From IMG/VR virus record IMGVR_UViG_3300031963_000004, positions 1-64,000 of that record: 64,000 nt of DNA; one strand, written 5' to 3'. The notes beneath the pieces were generated by a model. The model was not told the origin of the DNA. It searched no databases and saw nothing but the letters and a program-made list of their open reading frames with translations. Shown here piece after piece: positions 26,532 through 37,400 of the stretch. Position 1 is the stretch's first letter, and each line of letters opens with the position of its first letter. Made by a program: the position numbers and the translations under genes.

Positions 26532-26560
26532 ATTATATACTATTTTTTCAAATAGTGCAA
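26532..26560 (-). promoter_or_regulatory. Sigma70-like promoter for DnaE fragment
   Basis: TTGCAC-17 nt-TATAAT, 6 nt before ATG. Confidence 0.75.
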
Positions 26561-26563
26561 TAA

Positions 26564-27178
26564 TCATTTATCCGTTTTTGTATCAAAATTGGCGAAAACA
26601 ACTTCACTAACTGTGTTTGGTGTAGCTTCAATTGGGTCTGTCCATGTAAGATACAACTCTTCCCAACTATATGGACTCTTTTTTAATTTAACTACTTTCT
26701 TAGATTTATTTGGTTTTACTAAGTTAGACATTCTTAACGAATTCTCATGCCACCATCCATTATTTTTAAATGGTCCTGTATTTTCTTCAATACTATGATG
26801 ATATGCGACACCATCACTCATTTTGGATGTGATGGTTATATCAGTTGCTACTAATCTACCCTCAGATATTGAATTTAGTTTAGTCATCAACATAATGCCA
26901 ATGATCTGATCATATGGTTCTTTGGGTAAGGTACATACCTTTATGTCAGCATCGTGATATTTTTGAATGGATTCTGTCTCACTCTCATCAATAAAAATAG
27001 AATTTTCTAAACAAAAATCTAAAAAGTATTTGATTCTTTCCAATGCTATATTTTGTTCTCGTATAGATTCTGTTTCTATATCAAAATCAATAGCAGTATG
27101 GTAAGTGTTTATTGAGAAAGTATTGTGGAAATGTACGCCTGTTTGAAAACTGAAACTTTTGCTAACTCTAGCTGTCAT
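26564..27178 (-). CDS. Hypothetical protein (204 aa)
   Basis: Long ORF coupled to upstream gene (ATGA). Confidence 0.75.
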   Translation of the reverse strand: MTARVSKSFSFQTGVHFHNTFSINTYHTAIDFDIETESIREQNIALERIKYFLDFCLENSIFIDESETESIQKYHDADIKVCTLPKEPYDQIIGIMLMTKLNSISEGRLVATDITITSKMSDGVAYHHSIEENTGPFKNNGWWHENSLRMSNLVKPNKSKKVVKLKKSPYSWEELYLTWTDPIEATPNTVSEVVFANFDTKTDK

Positions 27179-27411
27179 TTTTTGTCTGCGGTAATGTTAA
27201 TTTGGTTGTCTAGCTTGTGTTTGTCGTATAATGCATTCATTCTTTTGTTGTATTCTTCTCGGTAGCCTTCAATTATCATATTCAATTGATTTATCATTGC
27301 TCCGTTCTGACTTCTATATGCAAAATTTAATTTACCTGTTAAGTCAGACATTGTTTTAGACAAGTCTTCCATTGATTTATCGCTAAGATCAGGTAAGAAT
27401 GGGTGTCTCAT
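27175..27411 (-). CDS. Hypothetical helical protein (78 aa)
   Basis: Start moved to MRHPFL (ATG 27411), just after the upstream stop. Confidence 0.7.
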   Translation of the reverse strand: MRHPFLPDLSDKSMEDLSKTMSDLTGKLNFAYRSQNGAMINQLNMIIEGYREEYNKRMNALYDKHKLDNQINITADKK

Positions 27412-27413
27412 AA

Positions 27414-28238
27414 TTAAACAGGTAATAGTGCAACCTTCTTCCATATATTTGTACTGCCATCAAAATTTCCTGTACAAACATAGAAAAAATTATTATCATA
27501 GCACACCGTGCCTGATCTATCTCCCACTGATCCCGTTGCAGTAGGAGTTCTTAAATTAATTTGACTTGCTTTTTGACTTCTATTGACTGGTTCAATGTGA
27601 ACTGTGGTTCCGCAATCTAATGTAGAAAATCTATAATGCAACTGACTGACACCATTTGGTGTTGTTAATTGATTAGTAAATGAGGCATTAGCTGTAGGTG
27701 CTCCTGATAAATTAGAAATATAATTTTCTAAGTTACGCACACTTACGGTCATACCTTGACTAGCATAACCATTAGCATCAATCGTAGTGACCGGCAATGT
27801 TATAACAGCGTTTGCATTAGAAACATTTAACACAAGTTCTACATTACTTTGAGTTCCTGCAGGAGCCCATGCTCCAAACTTAAGTGTTGTATTTCCTGTG
27901 ATTGTACCATATTGAACATCCCCTGCACTTACATTCACTGTTACAGATGAATTTGCTTCGCTGATTGTATTAATGTTGTTACCCAAATTATAGGTACTTG
28001 CTCTAAAGCTTTTTGTTAGGGCATTACTTATTAAAGTATTTGCCATATCATTGTTTACTGTAGTACCTGATAATGCGGATTTTAATACGACTTTATTTTG
28101 TAAATCTGTGATTTCGTTTGCAGCAGAATCAAGATTATTCTTAATATTATTAAAGTTGGTGCGGAACCCGCTAGTATCATTGTTGATACCTGGAACAGGA
28201 AAATTTGTGTTTAAACTGTTTGTGTTAATTGAACTCAT
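27414..28238 (-). CDS. Virion structural protein (baseplate/fibre-associated)
   Basis: Asn/Thr-rich, N-terminal coiled coil, C-terminal TPTATGSVGD..CYDNNFFYVCTG..WKKVAL fibre-type motif; sits in baseplate cluster. Confidence 0.6.
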   Translation of the reverse strand: MSSINTNSLNTNFPVPGINNDTSGFRTNFNNIKNNLDSAANEITDLQNKVVLKSALSGTTVNNDMANTLISNALTKSFRASTYNLGNNINTISEANSSVTVNVSAGDVQYGTITGNTTLKFGAWAPAGTQSNVELVLNVSNANAVITLPVTTIDANGYASQGMTVSVRNLENYISNLSGAPTANASFTNQLTTPNGVSQLHYRFSTLDCGTTVHIEPVNRSQKASQINLRTPTATGSVGDRSGTVCYDNNFFYVCTGNFDGSTNIWKKVALLPV

Positions 28239-28264
28239 AACTATATCCGTCTTTATTTATTTGA

Positions 28265-30688
28265 TTATTTGGGTAGTATTGTTTTTCTTGGGAACAATAC
28301 GTAAAAATCTTTTTGGTCTAATGTTTCTAATTCTGTGCTAGAACTAGGTAAGTTTTGCCATGCAGGAGTTGCCAAATAAGTGTTGTAATCATATGTATTG
28401 CTCTTGTCTACAGTATATCTATCTAATTGAAAGGCAATGTCATTTAATTTATGTGACCATTTTGTATCAATGTTGTTTTTGATAGTTTTTGCTTGTCCTG
28501 GAAGTGTGTAGCATATCACCCAACATTGTACATAACCTGGTATACTACCATTTTCTTGCTGTGATCTCATCCATCTTGGCAACAATCTACTGTCAAAGTT
28601 TTCATCTAGTTTTTCTGCTATTTGTGCCCTCATGTTGATAAAGCTAGCAGGATATACAACAACAGTTGCCCCCGGTGTTAAGCTTGTATGATACTTTACA
28701 TTACTCGTTTTATCTTCACTGTAGCTAGCATATACCTCACCCTCGCTTGCTACCCATGGGCCTCTGTTTAAATCAATAAACTTAGGCCATCTTACTTTCT
28801 TGTCTACACTTTGATTTTTATCATTTGTTTGGTCATCTAATACTTCACTATATACGACCTCGTACATGATGTTGCCTTTATCATCCTTAGCAACAGCGGT
28901 TTTTATTTCACCCAAAATAACATTTCGCCAATAATGGTTTTGTTCAATAGCAGTTACATATTTCTCAATAGAACTAGCGTTTATTCCATACATTTGAACA
29001 AACTTTACTTCACTTGCTTTACCAAAATATCTATCTTTGGGTCTATACAACAAATCAGTAGGTATTATAGTTTCGTCTTTTAATAAAGAGTCTAAAATCT
29101 TTCTATCTTTCAAACTAGGACTTGCCTTAAAATACATTGATTCAGTTGGCTCTTTATAGTATTGATGAACTGTTAATCCAAAAGTTCTTGAATTGTTAAT
29201 TAAAGGGAAATCAGGTGAGTAAGCTTTAATTGTAAAATTAAAACTAGTGTTGTCGCCCTGCCTTAATACTTGTTCCGTAGGTTGATGTACCACACGTCCT
29301 ATTATATCTCCGTTAGGAAGTAACTTTAGATTAGGTGGTAAATTACCTGAAACTAATTCATACAACAATGGAACATCTGCGTTAGCTTTTATATACAAAT
29401 CACTGATAGTAGAATTATTAATGACACCTAAATCATTTGGTGTTTGCCAGTTTACTGTCGTTTTTAAATCTTTAACTACTGGTAAAACAAATGTGTATGT
29501 TTCGCTAGATATACCAGGAGTAAATTGCATTACTGCGATGTTAGCACCAGCTGGTAGAGGACTATCCAGAATCAACTCTAATATTTCTACATCTTCTGTA
29601 TCATTGTCACCGTCAAAATCATAATGTTCAATTCTTCTTACTACACGGTATCCATTATTTTCTTCATATCTAACATCATTTACGTATAACCAAACATTGC
29701 TTGGTAATTCTACAGGTTCATCGTTTCTGTAAAGTTCATAAACAGTTTGACTAGGTACGTCATACAATCTATAATAATTAAAATTAGTCTTAGTTACTCG
29801 TACACTAAAATAAAATTCACTGACACCAGGTGAATTTAATGTAGGTGTACCAGTAATCCATCCACTAAGTGGATCACCGGTTAGCCCTAAAGGTAAATCA
29901 AAAAAGTTATACATTACATCACTATTATCAAAATCTTTACCTAAAATTTTAAAGCTAAAATAGTTACCACTCTTAACCATTGGTATATGAGTATCTTTTA
30001 GATACAATGAATACAAAGGATCCTCAGGTGTGATTTTAAAAGTAGGTGGATAATAATTTTGTACTACGGGTTTTCTGCTTCCAATTGGGAAATTTACATT
30101 ATGATTAATTACAGTAATTTCATATGTAGCAGTGATAGTGCCCAAATCGTTGACAAGTTTAACTGTAAATTTATAATCTTGTTGGGTTGGATTACCGTTC
30201 GGAGTAAGAGGGGGCTGAGCATATCCTCTTATTAACCCTTTATTGTTCATTTCTAATCCAGGTGGCAATTTACCTGAAATTAATGTTACGTCTACAGAAT
30301 TTTCATCAATAGGCTTAGAATACTCTAATTGTTTTTGAACGAATACACTGTCTAATATTGTTAATATATTACCAGATGGAGTTATAAAATTTGGTTTCAA
30401 TCCGCCATATATTAATAAAGTAAAAGTTCTATCTCTTATATTTCCTGAATTGTCTTTTGCACGTACAGTAAATTTATATGTAGTGTCGCTAATGATTGGT
30501 TCTGGAACTCCTGAAAGTAGTCCAAAGTTGCCTAATCCTACCCCATTAGGCAATTTCCCATTTAACAATGAGTAACTCATTCCCGAAGAAGGGAAAACAG
30601 GGTTAGCCTGCAGGATAAAGGAAATTTGTTGATTAGTCGTGTATGAACCCAAACTTCCCTCTGGTGTAACCCATTCAGGTAGTGACAT
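28265..30688 (-). CDS. Baseplate wedge-like protein with Ig-like repeats (807 aa)
   Basis: Repeated L.SG.LP.GL.L...G.I.G.P (He_PIG-like) units; position among baseplate genes. Confidence 0.65.
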   Translation of the reverse strand: MSLPEWVTPEGSLGSYTTNQQISFILQANPVFPSSGMSYSLLNGKLPNGVGLGNFGLLSGVPEPIISDTTYKFTVRAKDNSGNIRDRTFTLLIYGGLKPNFITPSGNILTILDSVFVQKQLEYSKPIDENSVDVTLISGKLPPGLEMNNKGLIRGYAQPPLTPNGNPTQQDYKFTVKLVNDLGTITATYEITVINHNVNFPIGSRKPVVQNYYPPTFKITPEDPLYSLYLKDTHIPMVKSGNYFSFKILGKDFDNSDVMYNFFDLPLGLTGDPLSGWITGTPTLNSPGVSEFYFSVRVTKTNFNYYRLYDVPSQTVYELYRNDEPVELPSNVWLYVNDVRYEENNGYRVVRRIEHYDFDGDNDTEDVEILELILDSPLPAGANIAVMQFTPGISSETYTFVLPVVKDLKTTVNWQTPNDLGVINNSTISDLYIKANADVPLLYELVSGNLPPNLKLLPNGDIIGRVVHQPTEQVLRQGDNTSFNFTIKAYSPDFPLINNSRTFGLTVHQYYKEPTESMYFKASPSLKDRKILDSLLKDETIIPTDLLYRPKDRYFGKASEVKFVQMYGINASSIEKYVTAIEQNHYWRNVILGEIKTAVAKDDKGNIMYEVVYSEVLDDQTNDKNQSVDKKVRWPKFIDLNRGPWVASEGEVYASYSEDKTSNVKYHTSLTPGATVVVYPASFINMRAQIAEKLDENFDSRLLPRWMRSQQENGSIPGYVQCWVICYTLPGQAKTIKNNIDTKWSHKLNDIAFQLDRYTVDKSNTYDYNTYLATPAWQNLPSSSTELETLDQKDFYVLFPRKTILPK

Positions 30689-30692
30689 TAAT

Positions 30693-31310
30693 TTATCCTA
30701 ATAGTTTTAATACTAGTTCGTAGTGATGTTTACGATCTTCTAAACCAATAGTACCGCCATTTATTCGTTTAGTAAGTGTTACAAAATCATCTTTGTCACA
30801 CCATTGATTTAAGTTATTTTGATCCCAAAACCAACCAGCACTGCTTACAGCGCCTTCGGGTGTTTCAAGATATTTTACAGTTTCATCTAAGCTGATACCT
30901 AAGTCTTGTGAAAACCTAGTGTAGTTAGCACGACCAGTTAATTGAATTAACCCACGACCGCAAAACTTGTAGCCATCACCACTTGCTTCATCACCATTGC
31001 TCATGCGATTAGCATAAACACGATTAGCGATCTTTTCAGGCTGTCTCTCGTACTGTTTTGCTATAGCTTCATTTGGAAAATACTTCTTAAATGTATTCAT
31101 CAATCCTTTAGCACTGTAATTTAAATTTTCTTTAACAAAATTAAATTGTCCTGACTCATGCGCTGTTTGTGCTAAAAAGGCTGCTGCACGTTTTTTGTTT
31201 ACGTACATGTCGTAGTATTCTGCTGTTTCATGAAGTGATAGTGCGTACTTCTTTAAAACGTTTTCCTTTGTCTTAGGACATAATTGTTTTAGTAATTCTA
31301 ATGTTATCAT
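30693..31310 (-). CDS. Glycoside hydrolase family 19 lysin
   Basis: AFLAQTAHESG, ENLNYS, IANRVYANRMSNG, GRGLIQLTGRANY, TKRINGG. Confidence 0.9.
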   Translation of the reverse strand: MITLELLKQLCPKTKENVLKKYALSLHETAEYYDMYVNKKRAAAFLAQTAHESGQFNFVKENLNYSAKGLMNTFKKYFPNEAIAKQYERQPEKIANRVYANRMSNGDEASGDGYKFCGRGLIQLTGRANYTRFSQDLGISLDETVKYLETPEGAVSSAGWFWDQNNLNQWCDKDDFVTLTKRINGGTIGLEDRKHHYELVLKLLG

Positions 31311-31319
31311 TGTCGCTCC

Positions 31320-34300
31320 TTATAATTTTCCTACTGCTACTTCGATTGTTCCTTCTATACCGCTAAAGTTTTCTAATGCTTTTCCTATAATACTTCCTAA
31401 TACAGGAAGTTTGCTTGAAGTTGCCATTCCGTTACCTGCACTAACAAGCATATCACCCTTTTCGATGATGCCAGTTACTTTAACAGGTACTCTTCCCTGC
31501 AATGCAATTACAATCGGATATTCGCATTCAATCATGCTATTCATAATGTATGCTGGATTAGTAGATACGACACCTGCAACTTTAGTACTCATGTGTTCCA
31601 AACAAGTAGTTACTTCATTTGCACCACCAAATGAAACAACTGTACCTGGTTCTATATGGTTGTCTCCTGCATAGTATTCAGCTAAGTCAGCAAATGTCGC
31701 TTCCATAGTTGAACCTGCTGTTAGTTTCCACTTACCTGTAATGTTACCAACGATAGTATTACCACCTGCATTCAACCCTCTTGCGTATACTGTACCTGTA
31801 TTCAATAAAAGGTTGTCTGCTATTACATTGGCACTTGATGTTATATCATTGAGAACATTCAACGTTCCAATATTGGCAGTATTAGTTACACTCAAATTAG
31901 CATTGGCGAACATGTTTAGTGCCGTAACACTTTGTACTGCTGAAACATTACCTAATGATATTACATTCGTACCTCTTACAAATCCATTCGCTAATATATT
32001 ATTTGTTGAGTTTATACCGGCTGCTATCAATCCAGCATTAATTACTGTTGCCCCATCAACTACCAATGGTCCAAATACATTTGCAGTATTAGCTAATAAT
32101 TCATCAGTGGTTATTTTTGTATTTGACAGTATTTCATTAGCTGTTAGAGCTTGGTTAACACTTAATTTATGATTAGTGTTTAGTGTTTCACTTGAACTTG
32201 TTAATACGCTATCACCTACTATTATTTCATTAACATACAAGTTTCTAAATCTATCGTCATCAGCACCTAAATCAAATGAATCATCTGCATTAGGAATTAG
32301 TGAGTTATTAAGATAACCAGTTAAGGTCAAGTTTCTACCTGTTATATTACCAAGAACGTTTATGTGTCCGTTAGTTGTTATGCTTCCTGATGTAATATTA
32401 CCGGTAGCAAAAATGTTTCCTGTAACATCAAGTTGTCTTGCTCTTACTAAATTGTTAGAAATTATGTTACCGTTAGCATTAAGTTCTTCTGTATCAATAA
32501 GAGTTCCAACTGTTAGTACCCCTATTAAATTACCATTTGCGGCTTCAAGATTAGCTACAATTCTTGCGTTATTAGCTGCTATGTCACCTGCTAATGTCGT
32601 ATTGATCGCTTTAATATTACCCAAAACGTTTGCGTCATTGGTTACATTTATATTGCCACTTACATTTGCATTGGCATTTACTGTTAAAGTATTTGTTATA
32701 GTTATTGCTGTTCTTATTTCATCTAAGGCTTTTAATTTAGGTACAGAAAGATACCCGGTGTTCGCTTCAAAATTTAAATGGTCGTTAGTTTGAATTCTTA
32801 AATTACCTGCACCGCCTGCATTACCAGATACAAAAGCCATTCTGAATTCACCTGAATAAAATCCTAAATTACTATAGGCAAATTCTGTTACATTACTAAA
32901 ATAAGAAAGAACAGCAGTGTTTACATTACCTACAACATTAGCACCTGTTATATTAGATATTTGTTCTCCGGAACCAATTAAGAAATTTGCTGTTATGGCA
33001 TTATTCACAGTCATGTCTGCTGCGAATACATTTCCTACAACACTAAGGTTAGTTAGGTTACCTAAACTTGTAATGTTAGGTTGTGCGTTTACTGTTACAT
33101 TACCTGCAAAATTAGCAAAATTAGCTACATTAGAGAAGGCTGCAAAGTTTGCATTAGCAACGATACCAGTTACATTTGCACCTGTAATCGCAGATAGGCT
33201 TGCACCATTACCTGTAAATCTAGCAGCAGTAATATTACCTGCCAATAAAGTAGTGAGTTGTGTATTACCTGTTACCGTTAATGTGTTACCATAAATATCA
33301 GCATCAAATGTTGCAGCACCAGCTACGGTTAAATTACCGAGTGATGTATTATTGCCTACAACTAATGATACTAAATTACCAACACTACGTATGTTAGGCT
33401 GAGAACTTGAAGTTAATACACCTGTTATAAAGTTTGCAGTTAATAAGTTTCCACTGTTTATGTTTTGGGCTATCATATTTGCATTCACTGCAAATATGTT
33501 GCCATCAAATGTTAATTTTTCACTAGCAGAAATATTACCTGAACCATTCAGTAATAGTTCGTTCTCATCACCGGGACTCTTATAAGTACCTTCTATATAC
33601 CCACCTTTTACATTACCATTAAATGTATGTGCTGTAACGTTGCCTGCTGCAACTACATTACCTACAGTATTAACATTAACTAATGTACCAACACTAGTAA
33701 TATTAGGTTGTGCATTTGTTCTTAGTGTTCCTGTAATAAAATTTGCTGTAAATGAATTACCACCGTTAATATTTTGTGCGGTAATATTTCCTATAACATT
33801 AAGTGTTGTTTCATCCCAAGTAACTTCAGAACTACCATCCATTACACCTGCTTTGTTGTATAATATTTGTCTGTTGCCTGAATTTTTAGGTGCTGTGTAG
33901 AAATTTGCAATGATAACGTTAGCATTAACATTACCAGTAAATGATGAACCTGTGATGTTGCCTACAACATTTAAACTAGTTAAGTTACCTACACTAGTAA
34001 TATTAGGTTGTGAGTTAGTTGTTAACGTACCTGTTAAACTATTAGTAGCAATAATATTTTGAGTTGAAATCGTAGTGTTAACCGTAATTACAAAAGGAGT
34101 TGTTCCAGTTGTTATGGTTGCTGTATTTCCTGTCGCAGCGCCCAAACCTACTAATAAGCTTGGACCTGTTTGTATGGTAACATTAGCAATATTTGCAGCT
34201 AAAGTCACGTTACCTGTTTGAACATCTTGTGTCAAACCAGATGTGGCCACAACACGCTGCACGCCTGTAGTAGCTACAACTGTGTATAATTCTGTAAAAT

Positions 34301-34388
34301 TATTCTGTGTTTTCTGAAAAGCAGTCCTTACTGGGTCTGCGTTTGCATCATTTGGGTACGAACCGAAGTCAATAATTTCTTGTGCCAT
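31320..34388 (-). CDS. Baseplate-anchored fibre with gp9/gp10-like N-terminus and peptidase G2-like C-terminal chaperone (1022 aa)
   Basis: GSYPNDANADPVRTAFQKTQNNFTELY start; QPNITSVG repeats; C-terminal ADLAEYY..GVVSTNPAYIMN..QGRVPVKV..KGDMLVS..IIGKALE. Confidence 0.75.
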   Translation of the reverse strand: MAQEIIDFGSYPNDANADPVRTAFQKTQNNFTELYTVVATTGVQRVVATSGLTQDVQTGNVTLAANIANVTIQTGPSLLVGLGAATGNTATITTGTTPFVITVNTTISTQNIIATNSLTGTLTTNSQPNITSVGNLTSLNVVGNITGSSFTGNVNANVIIANFYTAPKNSGNRQILYNKAGVMDGSSEVTWDETTLNVIGNITAQNINGGNSFTANFITGTLRTNAQPNITSVGTLVNVNTVGNVVAAGNVTAHTFNGNVKGGYIEGTYKSPGDENELLLNGSGNISASEKLTFDGNIFAVNANMIAQNINSGNLLTANFITGVLTSSSQPNIRSVGNLVSLVVGNNTSLGNLTVAGAATFDADIYGNTLTVTGNTQLTTLLAGNITAARFTGNGASLSAITGANVTGIVANANFAAFSNVANFANFAGNVTVNAQPNITSLGNLTNLSVVGNVFAADMTVNNAITANFLIGSGEQISNITGANVVGNVNTAVLSYFSNVTEFAYSNLGFYSGEFRMAFVSGNAGGAGNLRIQTNDHLNFEANTGYLSVPKLKALDEIRTAITITNTLTVNANANVSGNINVTNDANVLGNIKAINTTLAGDIAANNARIVANLEAANGNLIGVLTVGTLIDTEELNANGNIISNNLVRARQLDVTGNIFATGNITSGSITTNGHINVLGNITGRNLTLTGYLNNSLIPNADDSFDLGADDDRFRNLYVNEIIVGDSVLTSSSETLNTNHKLSVNQALTANEILSNTKITTDELLANTANVFGPLVVDGATVINAGLIAAGINSTNNILANGFVRGTNVISLGNVSAVQSVTALNMFANANLSVTNTANIGTLNVLNDITSSANVIADNLLLNTGTVYARGLNAGGNTIVGNITGKWKLTAGSTMEATFADLAEYYAGDNHIEPGTVVSFGGANEVTTCLEHMSTKVAGVVSTNPAYIMNSMIECEYPIVIALQGRVPVKVTGIIEKGDMLVSAGNGMATSSKLPVLGSIIGKALENFSGIEGTIEVAVGKL

Positions 34389-34407
34389 TTTAAATCACCT
34401 TATAGTG

Positions 34408-34415
34408 TATTTATC
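34408..34415 (-). promoter_or_regulatory. T4-late-like promoter for baseplate operon
   Basis: GATAAATA downstream of terminator, upstream of AAGGTG RBS. Confidence 0.6.
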
Positions 34416-34438
34416 GTATTCCGTATAGTACTTTGCCC

Positions 34439-34472
34439 AAAAAAACAGCCCGAGTAGTTCGGGCTGTATTTT
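34439..34472 (-). terminator. Rho-independent terminator
   Basis: Stem ACAGCCCGA/TCGGGCTGT with T7 tail on minus strand. Confidence 0.85.
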
Positions 34473-34486
34473 CAGAACTTTTGACT

Positions 34487-37400
34487 TCACTTGATACCGC
34501 TGAGTTTCTTCCACTCATATAGAACATCTTTTGACTTTGATTCAGTCACTTTAACACTTGTATGTGGTAGAGTTGTCTGATCACGCTTTTGACGGTTTAA
34601 GCCACCGGTAATAAAGTTAGTCATAAACTCAATGTCTTGCGTAGCCTCATTTGGCTCGTTTTCAAATGATTCTTCAACGTGGTCACAACCGCAGCTACTT
34701 TCGTTCATTCCGCACTCGTTGCACATAGGCTCATCACCTTCTTCTAGGCTACTTGTATCTTTGTACTTTTTACCGTCGATTTCGAATTCTTCGCCAGGTG
34801 GTGTTTGACTTAGCTTTTCTGTAAATTCATTGCCTTCGTCAGCTTGACCATATGCTTCGTCTACTTCTTTCTCTTTTCTATGATCTTCTTCATCAGAGCC
34901 TTTTTCAATCTGGTCTTCTTCCTCGCCTTCATCTTCTTCTCCTTCTGGTTTGTGCATAGTATCGCCTGCATTGTCAACAGGCACTTCATCAGCATAATCT
35001 TCACCAGAGCTTTGCTGAGGTGCTGCACTTAAGCCTGCCATTTTCTTAATTAGTTCTAGCACACTGTCGCCACCATCAATAACTTCAGGCCCGTCAACTG
35101 ATACCATTTCTATGCCACCATTGTCGCTACTATCACTTGTCATAGGAGCACCATATGGTGATGATTGTGATTGTTCTCCGCCACCGAAAATACCACCCAT
35201 TCCAGCGTTCTTTAATAATGCGATTAACTCACCTGCGTCACCCTCAGTAGCAGTAACAGTAACACTATCGTTACCGTCTGAGCTTGTGTTGGTGTTTATA
35301 CTAATGTTCTCGTTGAGTAATGAATCTAAGTCATTAGCCCAACTTTCAAATTGTCTATCCATATCTACGTTTTCTTTCATTGGTTTTTTATCTGACTTGT
35401 TAGGCTTATTAATGTCTATTGCATTTGGATATACTGGATCCATTGGTACCGGCATAGGTACATCTTTTTGACCCTTCTTAGGAGGATCACTACTCCACGT
35501 GCCTGTTAATTCACCTGGCTTATCGCCGCCCTTAATAGAACCTTCTTTCATCTTGCTTGCTTCTTTTACAGTTACTGGATGAGTTTCACCACCGAACTTG
35601 AATACATCTCTTCCTTCATCTTTGGCTTGCTTAGCTGCCCAAGCAAAAGGACCTTCTGCTACTGGTTCTTCTACTACTGGCTGAGGCATCATTGGTGACT
35701 CGCCCATTATTTTATCTTTCTTTGAATACTTGTGTAGGTCTAATGCATCACGTAGTGCTTCACTCATATGACCAGTTGTTTTGTATTCTTCAATGTGTGA
35801 TTGTAACTCCATCAACATTTCTTCAATGCTCATCTGAGTTTCACGCATCATTTGGCTAAAGTTAATACCTTCTTTAACTTTCTTTTTGTTTCTTAATGCG
35901 GCAAAATCTTTTGAATCTAACTTACCTTTTGGTTCAGCAACATCAAGATTCTTTTGACCGCCTTTTAATGCTTCTTTAACATTATCTGGACTTGGCTTCT
36001 TACCTGCTGCTTTCATATGAGCATCATATTCACCTTTGCTTACTTCACGGCTGTTGACTGTATATTTTTCTTCGTCAACTTTCTTAGCGATTTCATGACC
36101 TTTCTTGATAACTTTCTTTGGAAGATCAGTTGCTGGTTTTGAACCGTAGCCTGCTTGTTTCTTAGCAGCAGCCATACCAATCGCATATTTGTTCTTTGCT
36201 CTTTCTGCAATCATTTCTTCAGTAGAATCGATCCAGTCTTTTAATTTTTTCTTTTTGGCAGCAGCTTTGGCAGCTTTTTCTCTTTCCTCTTCTTTTCTCA
36301 ACCATGCTTCTTCGTCGGCTGGAGCAGATTTTGGTTTTTTGTCTGATATTGTATGAACTTTGCCTTTAGCTGATTTTCCAGGTTGACCTTTAATAACCTT
36401 GGATCCTGCGTCACTAGCACCTTGCCATTTTTTAGCATCTTTAGTAGCGTCACTTTCTTGACCGCCGCGACTTTTTACTTCTTTTTCTTCACCTTCTTCA
36501 TCAGTATCGTATGCTTTACCATACTTACCTGTATGTTTTTTGCCCTTAAGGTCAGCCATCTTAGATGCTTCGTACATTAATTCAAGCATTTGTCTCATAT
36601 CAGTTTGATTTACATGAGATTCAGAAATTTCTTTTTTAGGTGTTGTACTAGCTAAAGATTTAATTCTATTGAGTTGCTCTAAATCTTCTTTGAACCAATT
36701 GAGTGGATTCAATTTACTACCTAAGGCTTTGAGATTTTCCCAATTCTTTTCGCCTTGCTCTCTTTCTTTTTCTTGCCAACCTGGACCAGGATATTGACCG
36801 CCTCTATAAGGATGTTTTGTATCCCATTCAATTTCATCTTCACTACGTGTACCTACAACACCTCTTTGATATTTTTTATCAGTTAAATCAGGGCCTGCTT
36901 TAGGTTCTGCTTTAGGTTCTGGTTCTGCGTATCTTGATCTATTTTCAATAGGAGGCAATTCGTTACCTAAAGTTTTATCGTTATCACCTGTACCATCTCT
37001 TTGATACCACTTACTTAACTCAGCTTTATCAACGGGTTCACTTGAATAGCCAGGTCCTGGTCCTTGCGCTGCTTTTAATGCGCTTTGTAATCCAGGACTA
37101 CCTTTTAATCTCTCTCTTGCAGCAGTTGCTTCCCAATCTACATTTGCATATGGGTCTACTTTATTCTGTATCGGTGCCGGCGCACTATCACGCTTAAATG
37201 TTGGGTGATCACGTACAGGAAATACATTATCATCTCTTGTTTGTTCTGTGTCATACGCTGGTTTTTCACCAGGGCCTAAATGCGATGGACGATAATCTGT
37301 ATCGGGAATAACATTAGTTGTATTAGGAACAACATTAGTTGTATTAGGGACAACATTAGTTGTATTAGGGACATCGGACGCAGGGAAATTTTGTTCCCAT

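Noticed and set aside
37310-37372. Short direct repeats as a possible CRISPR array
   Set aside because: Units are contiguous 21-mers with no spacers and are in frame within a CDS; no cas genes.
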